Of a stretch of 64,000 bases of DNA, positions 12,180-24,861 are shown piece by piece (the first letter of the stretch is position 1; each line of letters begins with the position of its first letter). Made by a program: the position numbers and the translations under genes. The DNA lies in contig BTUM01000009.1 of the NCBI GenBank assembly GCA_045863235.1, forward strand, positions 68,015-132,014, in the 5' to 3' direction. Under the pieces are notes generated by a model. It was given only the letters and a program-made list of their open reading frames with translations. It was not told the origin of the DNA and did no database searches. The DNA comes from Candidatus Xenobia bacterium. GTDB taxonomy: Bacteria > Vulcanimicrobiota > Xenobia > Xenobiales > QWHO01.

Positions 12180-12214
12180 CGATGATAGCCCGCCACCGGG
12201 ACGGGCTATCATCG
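12180..12214. terminator. Hairpin between convergent genes, likely bidirectional terminator
   Basis: 13-bp perfect stem CGATGATAGCCCG/CGGGCTATCATCG with a 9-nt loop; no U-tract. Confidence 0.55.
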
Positions 12215-12297
12215 CTGGAGTCGTGTTACGACCAGCTTCGCCAGCGTGCGCTCGCCCTTCTGGGAGCACATTCTGACGAGCTGGCGTCCTGCAACTT

Positions 12298-13032
12298 CTA
12301 GAACCGACTCTCCACGTAGTAGGGCAGCATCGAGCGCCAGGTGGGCCAGTCGTGAGGCATGTCGTAGCCCCAGATGTCCAGCTCGTGCGGAATGCCCTTG
12401 GTGTGCAGCAACCAGGACAGGTGGCGGCTGGCGTTGGGATTCTCATAGTCGCCCTGGCCGGTGACGATGTGGATGTGCTCCTTGTGGCGCAGCATGTGCA
12501 GGTAGCCACCGTTCAGGCCAGGGAGATACTCCACGATGTTGTTGAAGAAGATGTTCTCGTCGCCGTAGCCTTCCCCGTGGAAGTATTCACGGATGTCGTA
12601 ACAACCGCTCATGGCGATGGTCCCGGCGAACAGGTCGGGCCGTCGCAGCACCTGGTTCATCGCGTGGAACGCGCCCAGGCTGGCACCGGAGGTGATGACG
12701 CCAACGCGTCCACCGCAGCTGTGCCAGATATAGGGGATCACCTCGTTCTCGAGATAGCTGTTGTACTGGGCCTGACGCACTCCCATCCAGTATGGATGCT
12801 GGTGGCGGTTGAGCCAGGCTTCCTTGTTGATGCTGTTGATCGAGAAGACTTTGACCTTGCCCGAGTTGATCTGGTGCTCGAGGGCGTCGATCAGGAGAAA
12901 GCGCTCGTACTCAAGGAAGTCAGCAGCAGCCGTGGGGAACAACAAGAGCGGAAAACCCCAGTGGCCGTAAGTGACGATGTCCATATAGCTGCCCAGGGAC
13001 GGGCTGTACCAGCCGTCGATGACTCTACGCAT
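12298..13032 (-). CDS. Esterase family protein (alpha/beta hydrolase)
   Basis: YGHWGFPLLLFPT, GASLGA, MSGCYD, HDWPTW. Confidence 0.88.
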   Translation of the reverse strand: MRRVIDGWYSPSLGSYMDIVTYGHWGFPLLLFPTAAADFLEYERFLLIDALEHQINSGKVKVFSINSINKEAWLNRHQHPYWMGVRQAQYNSYLENEVIPYIWHSCGGRVGVITSGASLGAFHAMNQVLRRPDLFAGTIAMSGCYDIREYFHGEGYGDENIFFNNIVEYLPGLNGGYLHMLRHKEHIHIVTGQGDYENPNASRHLSWLLHTKGIPHELDIWGYDMPHDWPTWRSMLPYYVESRF

Positions 13033-13083
13033 AGTGAGATTAACACTCCGATATGGGATGGTTTTCAAACAGGAAACCGCGAG

Positions 13084-13112
13084 ATTATATCCATCAGGGG
13101 CCCGGCCGTCCA
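13084..13112 (-). promoter_or_regulatory. Sigma70-type promoter of the esterase gene
   Basis: TGGACG-N17-TATAAT on the minus strand, 51 nt upstream of ATG 13032. Confidence 0.6.
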
Positions 13113-13246
13113 GACTTTCGACGAACATTTTTTCTCAAAGGCTGCCTCCGGTCCGGTCCAGTCCTCCGGGCGGCAGAGGACATACTGAGCCTTGGGCCAG
13201 GGCCCCGAGTTAGCGCCTCTGTTCACGGTGATCGAGAAGCGGCACC

Positions 13247-13822
13247 TTACCCGAGCAGATCGCGGACCTGGAAGCTTCCGCTCAAGCGGGAAGGGACCAC
13301 CTGCTGGCTCGCCTGGTAGACCCGGCGGGAGCGGTAGGCGTGGCCAAAGGGTGCCTCCGGGTCGGGGCCCGGGTCGAGGTGAACCTCCAGGCACTGCTGG
13401 GCGAGATTCAGAACCCAGTATTCGGGAATGCCCGCCTTGGCGTAGACGCTGGCCTTCTCGGTGCGGTCGTAGCGCAGAGAGGTATCGGCCAGCTCCAGCA
13501 CCAGGTCAGCGTTCTGGGGGTGGCGAGCGGCCTCTTCCACCCAGGCGATCGGCACCACGGCAAAATCGGGCTCGGGCTCGCTGGCCGGGGGAAGGCTGAG
13601 GGGTAGCTGCACGCGTACGTCGTGGGTGTCGCCGTAAGCTCGAACCAGCAGCGTGTTGATCCGTCCCGTTCGGGAAGCGTGAGGCTTGTTCTGGGGGCTC
13701 AACGGGACGATCTCTCCTTCGATCAGCTCGACGCGCTCGCCAGGGGCGAAGATGCCCATGTCAGCCATCCGGTAGTATTCGTCCGGGGTAAACTTTCGGG
13801 TGGCCACGGTGCTCAGGCTCAT
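13247..13822 (-). CDS. Uma2/DUF820 family endonuclease-like protein
   Basis: RKFTPDEYYRM, RVELIEGEI, SEPEPDFAVV, K..VYAKAGIPEYWVLNL. Confidence 0.92.
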   Translation of the reverse strand: MSLSTVATRKFTPDEYYRMADMGIFAPGERVELIEGEIVPLSPQNKPHASRTGRINTLLVRAYGDTHDVRVQLPLSLPPASEPEPDFAVVPIAWVEEAARHPQNADLVLELADTSLRYDRTEKASVYAKAGIPEYWVLNLAQQCLEVHLDPGPDPEAPFGHAYRSRRVYQASQQVVPSRLSGSFQVRDLLG

Positions 13823-13980
13823 ACGCAAAGAATACGACTTTAGCCGGACCGCTGCAAGTTGCGGCCCGGCGGCTCTAATGCAACTCTAACACTTCTCCTA
13901 GCATTCTCTAACGGGCCCTCGGCTAACCTGGCACCGATCCCGTTTACGTTTCTTATTTTATTATGGAGGTTGGAGCTCAC

Positions 13981-14286
13981 ATGGCTACCAAGACCAAACT
14001 GAACCTGCGCCCGCTTGGCGAGCGCGTCATCGTCCAGGCAGTGCCCCAGGAAGAGAAGACCGCCGGGGGCGTGATTCTTCCGGATACCGCCAAGGAAAAG
14101 CCCCAGCAGGGCAAAGTGATCGCCGTCGGCAAGGGCATCACCAACGACAAGGGCGTGGTGACCCCCCTGACCGTGAAAGAGGGCGACCGCGTGCTGTATG
14201 GCAAGTGGACCGGCACCGAGGTCAAGATCGATGGGGAAGACTACCTCATCATCAAGGAGAGCGAGATTTTCGCCATCCTTTCCTGA
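13981..14286 (+). CDS. groES: Co-chaperonin GroES
   Basis: [36 protein letters not shown] upstream. Confidence 0.97.
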   Translation: MATKTKLNLRPLGERVIVQAVPQEEKTAGGVILPDTAKEKPQQGKVIAVGKGITNDKGVVTPLTVKEGDRVLYGKWTGTEVKIDGEDYLIIKESEIFAILS

Positions 14287-14293
14287 TCCCTGA

Positions 14294-15943
<1,650 letters not shown>

Positions 15944-15993
15944 TCTCGCGGGCAGAGTGATGCAGAAGTTCTGCGTCACCGTGCCATCAACAG

Positions 15994-16025
15994 AAGGGCC
16001 GGTCCTCGCGGACCGGCCCTTTCTT
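15994..16025 (+). terminator. Intrinsic terminator after groEL
   Basis: 12-bp stem AAGGGCCGGTCC/GGACCGGCCCTT, loop TCGC, followed by TCTT. Confidence 0.75.
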
Positions 16026-16762
16026 CATGGGTGCGCCCGCAACCAGAGGTGCAGCCAGCGCAGGTAGATCCAGCCCGGGTCGGTGCGGCGAGCCTCGGGG
16101 GGATAACCATTGGGCCATTTCTTGTCGGCCAGGTCGAGAAAGTCGGCCACCACCGGCCGTCCCAGCGACACATCGTTGTGACCGTAAACCTGGTGGGCGG
16201 GGATGGAGAACCGGCGCATCAGCCAGCGCACCAGGCAGAACGAGGCGTAGAGTTGGCGGGGGCGACTGAGCAGATCATCCTGGTTGAGGGCCACCATCTC
16301 CACCGAAAGGGCCTTGTGGTTGACCCCATAGGCCCCCGTACAGCGAAAGTCCAGCGGCAAGAGTTGGTAGACCGTGCCGTCCCTGTCCACCATCAGGTGA
16401 ACGCTGGGGTGGCCAAAGCTGACCCCGGTCCCGTTCCACATGCCGCCTCCGCGCACGAACCCGTTATAGACCCCGGTGGCCGAAGAGGTGACCGTGAAGT
16501 GCATGCAGATGGCGCTGGGACGAAAACGGACTCGTGCATCCCCGTAGTGACGCAGGAAATACTCGCTGTATTCGGCCTCCCACTCTTCGTAGGGGAGAAA
16601 CCAGGGCTCCAGGACCGGCGCTCGGTATGGCTTGTTTAGAAGACTCCGGGGGATGGGATGGGCCAGGTCGATGGCCCCGTTCATGGCCATCCGCCGCAGA
16701 GCCAGAACATCGTCGACATCGGGCCGGGAGCTGAGCGCCCAGAGCAAGAGAAGCCAGATCAC
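16025..16762 (-). CDS. N-acetylmuramoyl-L-alanine amidase (Amidase_2 type)
   Basis: ICMHFT, SVHLMV, SVEMV, YGHNDV, TDPG zinc-site pattern; short hydrophobic N-terminus from GTG 16762. Confidence 0.85.
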   Translation of the reverse strand: MIWLLLLWALSSRPDVDDVLALRRMAMNGAIDLAHPIPRSLLNKPYRAPVLEPWFLPYEEWEAEYSEYFLRHYGDARVRFRPSAICMHFTVTSSATGVYNGFVRGGGMWNGTGVSFGHPSVHLMVDRDGTVYQLLPLDFRCTGAYGVNHKALSVEMVALNQDDLLSRPRQLYASFCLVRWLMRRFSIPAHQVYGHNDVSLGRPVVADFLDLADKKWPNGYPPEARRTDPGWIYLRWLHLWLRAHP

Positions 16763-16847
16763 CGGGAGTGATTCGCAGCCCCGCAGGAAAGCCCTTGCCA
16801 CGAGCGAATGCCCCGCCCTACCTGCATTCAATCCGAAGGAGCGAGCT

Positions 16848-17384
16848 GTGTCCAATCCGCACCTGACCGACTACAACGAATCCGAGCGCACCGAGTACAT
16901 GATGGTGGTGGCCTCTATGGCCGGAGCCGATGGCGACGTGACCACCGAGGAGATCTACGCCATTCGGGCCCTCAGCCTGCACTTCGTGCTCGGTCCCGAA
17001 GCGCGCGGACAGGTGATGGCCTCCTGCACCGCCACTCCCGAGGAGATGGAGCAAGTCATCAAGCGCTTCGCCGAGAGCCGCCTCAAGTTCAGCCTGCTGC
17101 TCGACCTGGCCAACATGGCCTGGGCCGATGGCGCCCTGAAGGAGCCGGAGGAGGCCGAAATCCATCGCCTGGGCGGCCTGATGCAGGTCGAGCCCAAACA
17201 GATCAAAGCGGTGCTGAGTTTCGCCGAGACCCTGAGCAAGAACCCCACCCAGGAGCAGGTCGAGCAGGCGCTCAAATCGGTCGAGGCGGCCGGGGTGGAC
17301 CGCAATGCACTGGCCCTCTCGGCCACCCTGTACGCCCAGCAAAGCAAGTACGCAGCCGTAAGCGCTTTGTTCTCGCTCAGTTAA
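16848..17384 (+). CDS. TerB family (tellurite resistance-like) protein
   Basis: MAGADGDVTTEE and MAWADGALKEPE repeats; AAGGA RBS before GTG. Confidence 0.8.
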   Translation: MSNPHLTDYNESERTEYMMVVASMAGADGDVTTEEIYAIRALSLHFVLGPEARGQVMASCTATPEEMEQVIKRFAESRLKFSLLLDLANMAWADGALKEPEEAEIHRLGGLMQVEPKQIKAVLSFAETLSKNPTQEQVEQALKSVEAAGVDRNALALSATLYAQQSKYAAVSALFSLS

Positions 17385-17387
17385 GGC

Positions 17388-18599
<1,212 letters not shown>

Positions 18600-18609
18600 T
18601 CTGCAGCCG

Positions 18610-20139
18610 ATGAGGCTTGTCCTTCGAGCTCTAACCCTCTATCTGCTCATCGGTCTGAGTGCTCTGGCCCTGGCCCAGCCCCCCACTCCCACGCCGCTGG
18701 CCACGCCGGAAGGGGATCCGGTGCCGACCCCGGTCGATGCGGGCTCGCTTCGAGCCGCCAAGGAGGTTCCTCCCCAGTCCGTGGTCAAGCTCGACGGCCT
18801 GCCGGTGCTTACCGTAGGACCCACCGAGAGCCTGGATGCGCCCACCCGTGCCAGAGAGCTGCAGGCCGAGTTGCAGGAGCTGATCGACGCCGATTTTCCT
18901 GGCGAGCCCAGCATCAAGGTCCAGCGCAACGAAGACCTGTCCGAGGTGGTCGTGCAGGGGAAGGTCCGCATCCCGATTCTCGACAGCGACCTGGTGGCCA
19001 ATGGACAGACCCGAGAGCAACTTGGCCAGACCTGGCTGAAGGCCCTCAGGGCCTCCTTTAAGCTGGCGGCCGCCGAACGGGCCGAAGGGCACCTGCTCTG
19101 GCTGCTCCAGTGGCTGGCGGTGGCCGCTCTGCTCGCCGTGGGGTTGGACCTGGCCAGCGTCTGGGCCTTCCGGCGCTTCCTCCGGCTTCCCGGCTGGAGC
19201 CCTCGGTTCGTCATCTGGACTTCCTTCCTGGCTCTGGCCCTGACCAGCTTCCCCAGCACCCGGCCGGCCGGCCTCTGGGTGACGAGCAAGGTGGTCTATC
19301 CCCTCGTGTGGCTTGCCCTGGTCATCTTGCTGACCTACCTCGCGCTGGGCGTGGGGCGCCGGACCCTGCGCTACTACTTCGCGGCCATGGAGCGTTACAA
19401 CGAGAGCAATCCTGCCTCAGGGCCGCGCTGGCGTCAGCAACTGATGATGTATCACCAGTTGGCACGAATTGCCGTGGGGCTCATCGTCATTCTGGCCGCC
19501 GTCTTGATCTATTTCGGGGCGCTGGGGGTGGATCTCTGGGCCATCGTGACCGGGGCAGGTTTCGTCACGGCTGCCATCGGACTGGCCGCCCAGGACATGC
19601 TCAAGGACTGGGTCGCCGGGATCAACATCGTGCTGGAGGACCAGTTTGGAGTCGGGGATCTGATCCGCATCCAGGGGGCCGAGGGCCGGGTGGAGGCCTT
19701 CACGATGCGCGTAACCCGCATCCGCGACGTGGAGGGGAGCCTGATCACGATCCCGAACTCGACCTTGCGGATGGTGAGCAACCTGTCCAACACGTGGTCT
19801 CAGGTGGACCTGAAGATCCCCGTGAGCTACAACGCCGACATCCGCCGAACGCTCGAAGTGGTCGAGCAAGAGGCGCAGAAGCTTCTGGCCGACTGGCCGG
19901 ACAAGGTGGCTGAGCCGCCCGAGGTGCTCGGGCTCGATCAACTGGGCGAGTCGTCCTTGGTGGTGCGAATGATGGTGCGGACCTTTCCGCTGATGCAGTT
20001 CCCGGTTCGTCGCGAGCTGCTCTTGCGGATCAAGGAGCGCTTTGACAGAGAAGGCATAGAGATTCCCTATCCGCAGCGGGTGGTCTGGCTGCGCCAGATG
20101 ACCACCGGAGACGAGGAGTCAGGGGGCGAGGGAGGCTAG
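18610..20139 (+). CDS. MscS family mechanosensitive channel with an N-terminal extension
   Basis: AIGLAAQDMLKD, EDQFGVGD, G.VE..TMR.T.IR, IPNS, GIEIPYPQR. Confidence 0.92.
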   Translation: MRLVLRALTLYLLIGLSALALAQPPTPTPLATPEGDPVPTPVDAGSLRAAKEVPPQSVVKLDGLPVLTVGPTESLDAPTRARELQAELQELIDADFPGEPSIKVQRNEDLSEVVVQGKVRIPILDSDLVANGQTREQLGQTWLKALRASFKLAAAERAEGHLLWLLQWLAVAALLAVGLDLASVWAFRRFLRLPGWSPRFVIWTSFLALALTSFPSTRPAGLWVTSKVVYPLVWLALVILLTYLALGVGRRTLRYYFAAMERYNESNPASGPRWRQQLMMYHQLARIAVGLIVILAAVLIYFGALGVDLWAIVTGAGFVTAAIGLAAQDMLKDWVAGINIVLEDQFGVGDLIRIQGAEGRVEAFTMRVTRIRDVEGSLITIPNSTLRMVSNLSNTWSQVDLKIPVSYNADIRRTLEVVEQEAQKLLADWPDKVAEPPEVLGLDQLGESSLVVRMMVRTFPLMQFPVRRELLLRIKERFDREGIEIPYPQRVVWLRQMTTGDEESGGEGG

Positions 20140-20144
20140 ATAGC

Positions 20145-21746
20145 GTGTTCAAGAAGATCATGGGCATGTTCGGGGGGTCGAAAGGCCCTGCCGTCAGCGA
20201 GGGGGGCGAAGTCTCCAAGTGGGCCTCCTACGGGGAGGCGGAATGGAAAGACCTCTTCGCGGGCCTGGTGCAGGCGGGCGACCTGGAGGAGGTCTACAAG
20301 CACATCCTCCTCTGCCCGCTCCACTGGTCGGTGGGCTTGCTGGGCTTTCTGCAACAGTCCAGCTTCCAGCCAGCCGATCCGGGTGATCAGGCCACCTACT
20401 CCAAGTTGTGCAGTTTGAGCCCGGCTCCCGACTGGCCCTTGATGATCCCCCAGCCGGTCCAGGTGGGCAGCCTTTCCCATCGGGGCAAAGGCGTGAGCCT
20501 GATCTTCTCGACCGACGGGCAGAACCTGGTGACCATCGACGCAGGCGGAGACATCAACGTCTGGCACGCCCCCGACGAGCGCACCCTGCAGCGCATTCAG
20601 CCCACCGCGCCGGTGCCGGTGGAGTCACGCACCGTTTCCCCTGACTTCAAGTTCTGCACGACCAGCTCGCAGGACGCCATCCGCGTCTGGAACCTGCACA
20701 CCGGCGATCTGGTCTCCAAATTCCGCTGGGAGTGGAGCGAAGGCACTTCCCCGGCCATCCTCAGCTCGCCGGCCGACTCGGTGATCGCCTGTTGGTTCTC
20801 GGATGACAAGATCCGGCTGATTGAGCCTTTGTCGGGCGAGATCCGCCACACCCTGACCGGTCATGATGACCTGGTGACCAGTTGTGCCTTCACAGCCGAC
20901 GGCAAGCTCTTGATCTCGGGCGGCAAGGATGCCTCGGTGCGGATCTGGGACGTGGAGACCGGGCAGATGCTGCACTTCCTCGAGCGCCGCACGGGCGGCG
21001 AGGCAGTCACCCACGTCTCCCTCTCGCTGGACGGCAATTTCCTGCTGGTGAAGCGCGAGAACTCCCCCCTGCAGATCTTCGACCCCCCCACCCGTCGCCA
21101 GGTTTGCGAGGTTCGTATGGGCAAGGGCGTGGATATGGCCACCCCGGTCTACTCACCCACCCACGACACGGTTGCACTCGTCCTGCTGAAGGCTCAAGAG
21201 GACAAGGAGTCCCAGATGCGCGTCGCCATCTATGAAATGGCCACCGGACGCCAGATCCGCGACCTGCCTCCGACCTACCTCAATTTCCCCTCCCCGGTCT
21301 ATTCCGCTGACGGGGAGTTCCTGGCCGCCACCGGTGCCGACCATGCTGTCCTCTGGCCAGTCAAAGGAAACGGGCAGGACGCAATCTGTAAGAGAGAGGC
21401 ATGGACCCTGGCCTTTGCCCCCAACGGCCAGATCATGGCTGCGGGAGAGCGGGACAAGCGCATTCGCCTGTTCAGCATGCCCGAGACGCGGGAGGTAGCC
21501 GATCTCGGCTCGTGGCAGCAGTGCCGCTACCTCTCCTTCTCGCCCGACTCGGGCATCCTGGCTGCGGTGGGAGATGACCGCTCGGTCCGGGTTTTCCGGG
21601 TGGCGCTCACCCAGCCGATGGCTCTGATGGGCAAGCGCGAGATCGACCTGGCCAAGAAATACTCCACCACGGTGGAGGGAGAGCCCGGCAAAGCCTGGAG
21701 CTACCTGGGAGAAGTTCTGGCCGCCCGCACCCGCAAGCCAGCCTGA
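20145..21746 (+). CDS. WD40 repeat protein
   Basis: LTGHDDLVTSCAFTADGKLLISGGKDASVRIWD plus further repeats. Confidence 0.9.
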   Translation: MFKKIMGMFGGSKGPAVSEGGEVSKWASYGEAEWKDLFAGLVQAGDLEEVYKHILLCPLHWSVGLLGFLQQSSFQPADPGDQATYSKLCSLSPAPDWPLMIPQPVQVGSLSHRGKGVSLIFSTDGQNLVTIDAGGDINVWHAPDERTLQRIQPTAPVPVESRTVSPDFKFCTTSSQDAIRVWNLHTGDLVSKFRWEWSEGTSPAILSSPADSVIACWFSDDKIRLIEPLSGEIRHTLTGHDDLVTSCAFTADGKLLISGGKDASVRIWDVETGQMLHFLERRTGGEAVTHVSLSLDGNFLLVKRENSPLQIFDPPTRRQVCEVRMGKGVDMATPVYSPTHDTVALVLLKAQEDKESQMRVAIYEMATGRQIRDLPPTYLNFPSPVYSADGEFLAATGADHAVLWPVKGNGQDAICKREAWTLAFAPNGQIMAAGERDKRIRLFSMPETREVADLGSWQQCRYLSFSPDSGILAAVGDDRSVRVFRVALTQPMALMGKREIDLAKKYSTTVEGEPGKAWSYLGEVLAARTRKPA

Positions 21747-21747
21747 G

Positions 21748-22890
21748 TTGATCCCCCGGCATCGCTTCGACCTTCGGGCTGAGGATTTAGGCGAAGCGAT
21801 CCGACTCTCTCTGTCATGGCGCCAGACCGGGGCGCGGGTCGAGAGACAGTGGGCACCGGGAACGATAGCCTGCCTCTCGGTCCGCAGCGGCTTTGACCTG
21901 CTGCTCTCGGCCCTGGCCCTGCCCCGTGGCTCGCAGGTGCTGGTCTCGGCGGTGACCATCCCGGACATGATCGGTCTGCTCGAGAGCCACGGCCTGGTGC
22001 CCATCCCTGTGGACCTCGACCCCGAGACCCTGGAGCTCTGTCCGCGCTCCCTGGCGGCCGCCCGGACCCATGAAACCAGGGCAATCCTCGTGGCCCATCT
22101 CTTTGGCAGCCGCATCTCCCTCGAGCCCGCCCTGTCGCTGGGCCTCCCGGTCTGGGAAGACTGCGCTCAGGCCTTCTGTGGTCCGAGCTTCACGGGTCAT
22201 CCCGCCGCTCAGGTCAGCATGTTCAGCTTTGGCCTGATCAAGACCTCGACCGCGCTGGGCGGGGCCCTGATGGTGGTGCGGGATGACAGGCTCGAGGCAG
22301 GCATGCGAGCGATCGAATCGCGCTGGCCAGCCCAGCCCGATCGGGAGTTGGGGCGGCGGGCCTTGAAGGTCCTGGCCCTGCAGCTCCTGGGCCAACCCGT
22401 TTGCCTGGATGGTTTCGTCGCCCTGTGCAGGCTCCTGGGCCTGGACTATGACCGGGTGCTGCGCCAGAGTACCCGCAGCTTTCCCGCCAACCGCCTGCTC
22501 GAGTCCATCCGTCGCCGCCCCAGCCCGGCCCTGCTCGAGTTCCTGGCCCGTCGACTGGCCGCCTACGACCCCACCCGACTCGAGTCCCGACGCCGCTTCC
22601 GAGCCGCCTTTCTGGCGAGCCTGCCGCCCAGAGTCTGCTGGCCAGGGCGGGGGGCGAACGTGCACCATCACTGGGTGGTGCCGGTTCTGGCCCGCGAGCG
22701 GCTCACGACCCTTCGCCAGGCAGGCTTTGACGCCACGCAGGGCAGCAGTCTCGTGGTCGTCCCCTCGCGCGAAGGCGCCCAACCGGCCCACCAGGCCCAT
22801 CGGATGCTGGCCGAGACCATCTACCTTCCCCTGCATCCCGACCTCAGCCCCACCCAGCTCAGCCGCCTGCGCCAGTCCCTGCTCGCGTAG
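21748..22890 (+). CDS. DegT/DnrJ/EryC1/StrS family PLP-dependent aminotransferase
   Basis: SVRSGFDLLL, PVDLD, AHLFG, EDCAQAF, FSFGLIKT (PLP lysine). Confidence 0.85.
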   Translation: MIPRHRFDLRAEDLGEAIRLSLSWRQTGARVERQWAPGTIACLSVRSGFDLLLSALALPRGSQVLVSAVTIPDMIGLLESHGLVPIPVDLDPETLELCPRSLAAARTHETRAILVAHLFGSRISLEPALSLGLPVWEDCAQAFCGPSFTGHPAAQVSMFSFGLIKTSTALGGALMVVRDDRLEAGMRAIESRWPAQPDRELGRRALKVLALQLLGQPVCLDGFVALCRLLGLDYDRVLRQSTRSFPANRLLESIRRRPSPALLEFLARRLAAYDPTRLESRRRFRAAFLASLPPRVCWPGRGANVHHHWVVPVLARERLTTLRQAGFDATQGSSLVVVPSREGAQPAHQAHRMLAETIYLPLHPDLSPTQLSRLRQSLLA

Positions 22891-22936
22891 GCAAGGGAGC
22901 CGTTGGGACGCTTTGAGACGCTGGTCTGCGGCCGTT

Positions 22937-23569
22937 TCAACGCTCCTCAAAGCGCGCCCGAAACGCGTCCTCGAGACGCTGCTCCACTTCCTCCATCGGA
23001 GGAGTGCGGGCCAGTTCCCTGGCCAGCGAGGTGACGCCAGCGTTGCGAATCCCGCAGGGAACGATCAGCTCGAAGCCGGAAAGCTCCGGACCGACGTTCA
23101 GGGCCAGGCCGTGCGAGGTGACCCAGCGGCTGACCCGCACGCCCAGGGCACAGATCTTCTGGCCCCGCACCCAGATGCCGGTGCGGCCGCTTACCCGCTC
23201 GCCGGTCAGCTCGTAGGTGGCCAGGAGGTCGAGCACGACTTGCTCGAGGTCGCGCAGGTAGCGATGCAAGTCGGCCCGGTCCCCGGCGGCCAGGTCGAAG
23301 ATGGCGTAGCCGACCAGTTGCTGCGGACCGTGATAGGTCAGCTGGCCACCCCGGTTGGTGACATGCAGCTCCACTCCCCGGCGATCGAGCTCCTCACGGG
23401 ACACGAGCAAGTCCTCGAGTTGCCCCTGGGAGCCTACCGTAATGGTGGGCGTATGGCGCAACAAGAGCAGGGTGTCGCAAATCAGGCCCTGCTTACGTTG
23501 CTCGACCAGTTGCGACTGCAACTGCTGACCGGCCTCATAGCCGATCAGCCCGAGACGACGGACGGTCAC
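22937..23569 (-). CDS. lipB: Lipoyl(octanoyl) transferase LipB
   Basis: NRGGQLTYHGPQQLVGY, KICALG, SHGLALNV, IVPCGI. Confidence 0.93.
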   Translation of the reverse strand: MTVRRLGLIGYEAGQQLQSQLVEQRKQGLICDTLLLLRHTPTITVGSQGQLEDLLVSREELDRRGVELHVTNRGGQLTYHGPQQLVGYAIFDLAAGDRADLHRYLRDLEQVVLDLLATYELTGERVSGRTGIWVRGQKICALGVRVSRWVTSHGLALNVGPELSGFELIVPCGIRNAGVTSLARELARTPPMEEVEQRLEDAFRARFEER

Positions 23570-24849
23570 ATCGCTGACTCGGGGAACTCCTGAAGCGTGG
23601 CCTTGACCCGGCCCATGAAGCGGTCGGCCGTGGCTCCGTCGATGATTCTATGGTCGAAGCTGAGCGCCATGTACACCATATGGCGGATGGCGATGGCGTC
23701 CTCCTCGGTGACCACGGGCCGCTTCGTGATCGCCCCCATGCCCAGAATCGCCACCTGAGGCTGGTTGATGACAGGGGTTCCCACCAGGCTCCCGTAGATG
23801 CCCGGGTTGGTGATGGTGAAGGTTCCCCCCTGCACCTCCTCGGGAGCCAGCTTCTTGGTGCGAGCCCGCTCAGCCAGGTCAGCCAGGGAGCGGGTCAAAC
23901 CGAGCAAAGACTTCTCCTCGGCCCGGTGCACCACCGGCACGATCAGCCCCCAATCCAGCGCCACAGCCATACCCAGGTTGACGTTGGAGTGGTAGTAGAC
24001 CTTCTTGTCCACCACCGAGCTGTTCAGGATGGGGAACTCGTTGAGGGCCTCCACCACGGCCTTCATGACGAAGGGCGTGTAGGTCAGTTTGACCCCCTTG
24101 CTCTCGTAAGCCGTCTTGTGCTTGGAGCGCAGCCGTGCCACCCGGGTCATATCCACTTCGAAGAAGGTACACACGTGAGCTGAGATCGCCTGGCTCATCA
24201 CCATGTGCTCGGCGATCTTCTCGCGCATGGGCGAGAACGGCTCCGAGCGCTGGCCCGGCAGGGGGGTGTGCAGGAAGCGGGCGGGCACCGCCTGGACGGC
24301 GGCCGCCGCCGCGGGGGCAACCTCGGGCTTGCTCTCGAGGAAGGCCAGGATGTCCTGCTTGGTGACCCGTCCCGAGACTCCGCTGCCCGGCCCCACCCGG
24401 GCCAGATCGACCCCGTGCTCAGCGGCGATCTTGCGCACCAGCGGCGAGGAGCGCACGCGACGCAGCTCCTCGACCGATGGAATCCCCGAGTTGCCGCCCG
24501 ACCTTGCGCCCACCAGCTCGCGAACGGGAGCTGGAGCGACGGGGGCGGCGGCCACCACCGTCGCGACGGGAGCCGCCACCACCGCGGCCGGGGGCGTCGC
24601 GACTGGAGCCGCTCCGGTCGCGCCGATGCGCCCCACCGTCTTGCCGACCTCCACCGTGACCCCGGGGCCCGCCAGGATCTCGAGCAGCACGCCCTCGGCC
24701 GGAGACGGGATCTCCGCGTCCACTTTGTCGGTGGACATCTCGAAGAGGGGCTCGTCCTTCTTCACGAGCTGGCCCACCTCTTTGAACCACTTGACGATGG
24801 TTCCCTCAGCGATGCTTTCGCCCATCTGGGGCATGATGACGTCGGTCAT
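23566..24849 (-). CDS. 2-oxoacid dehydrogenase E2 dihydrolipoamide acyltransferase
   Basis: Lipoyl domain MPQMGESI...STDKVD, E3-binding SPLVRKIA, catalytic FDHRIIDG. Confidence 0.95.
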   Translation of the reverse strand: MTDVIMPQMGESIAEGTIVKWFKEVGQLVKKDEPLFEMSTDKVDAEIPSPAEGVLLEILAGPGVTVEVGKTVGRIGATGAAPVATPPAAVVAAPVATVVAAAPVAPAPVRELVGARSGGNSGIPSVEELRRVRSSPLVRKIAAEHGVDLARVGPGSGVSGRVTKQDILAFLESKPEVAPAAAAAVQAVPARFLHTPLPGQRSEPFSPMREKIAEHMVMSQAISAHVCTFFEVDMTRVARLRSKHKTAYESKGVKLTYTPFVMKAVVEALNEFPILNSSVVDKKVYYHSNVNLGMAVALDWGLIVPVVHRAEEKSLLGLTRSLADLAERARTKKLAPEEVQGGTFTITNPGIYGSLVGTPVINQPQVAILGMGAITKRPVVTEEDAIAIRHMVYMALSFDHRIIDGATADRFMGRVKATLQEFPESAM

Positions 24850-24861
24850 AGAGCGTTCCTT

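Noticed and set aside
13247..13822. Uma2 gene as a defence or mobile-element marker
   Set aside because: It is solitary, with no methylase, integrase or terminal repeats, and this family is commonly scattered in chromosomes.
13888..13937. CIRCE element upstream of groES
   Set aside because: Only left-half-like words are present; there is no GAGTGCTAA-like right half at 9-nt spacing.
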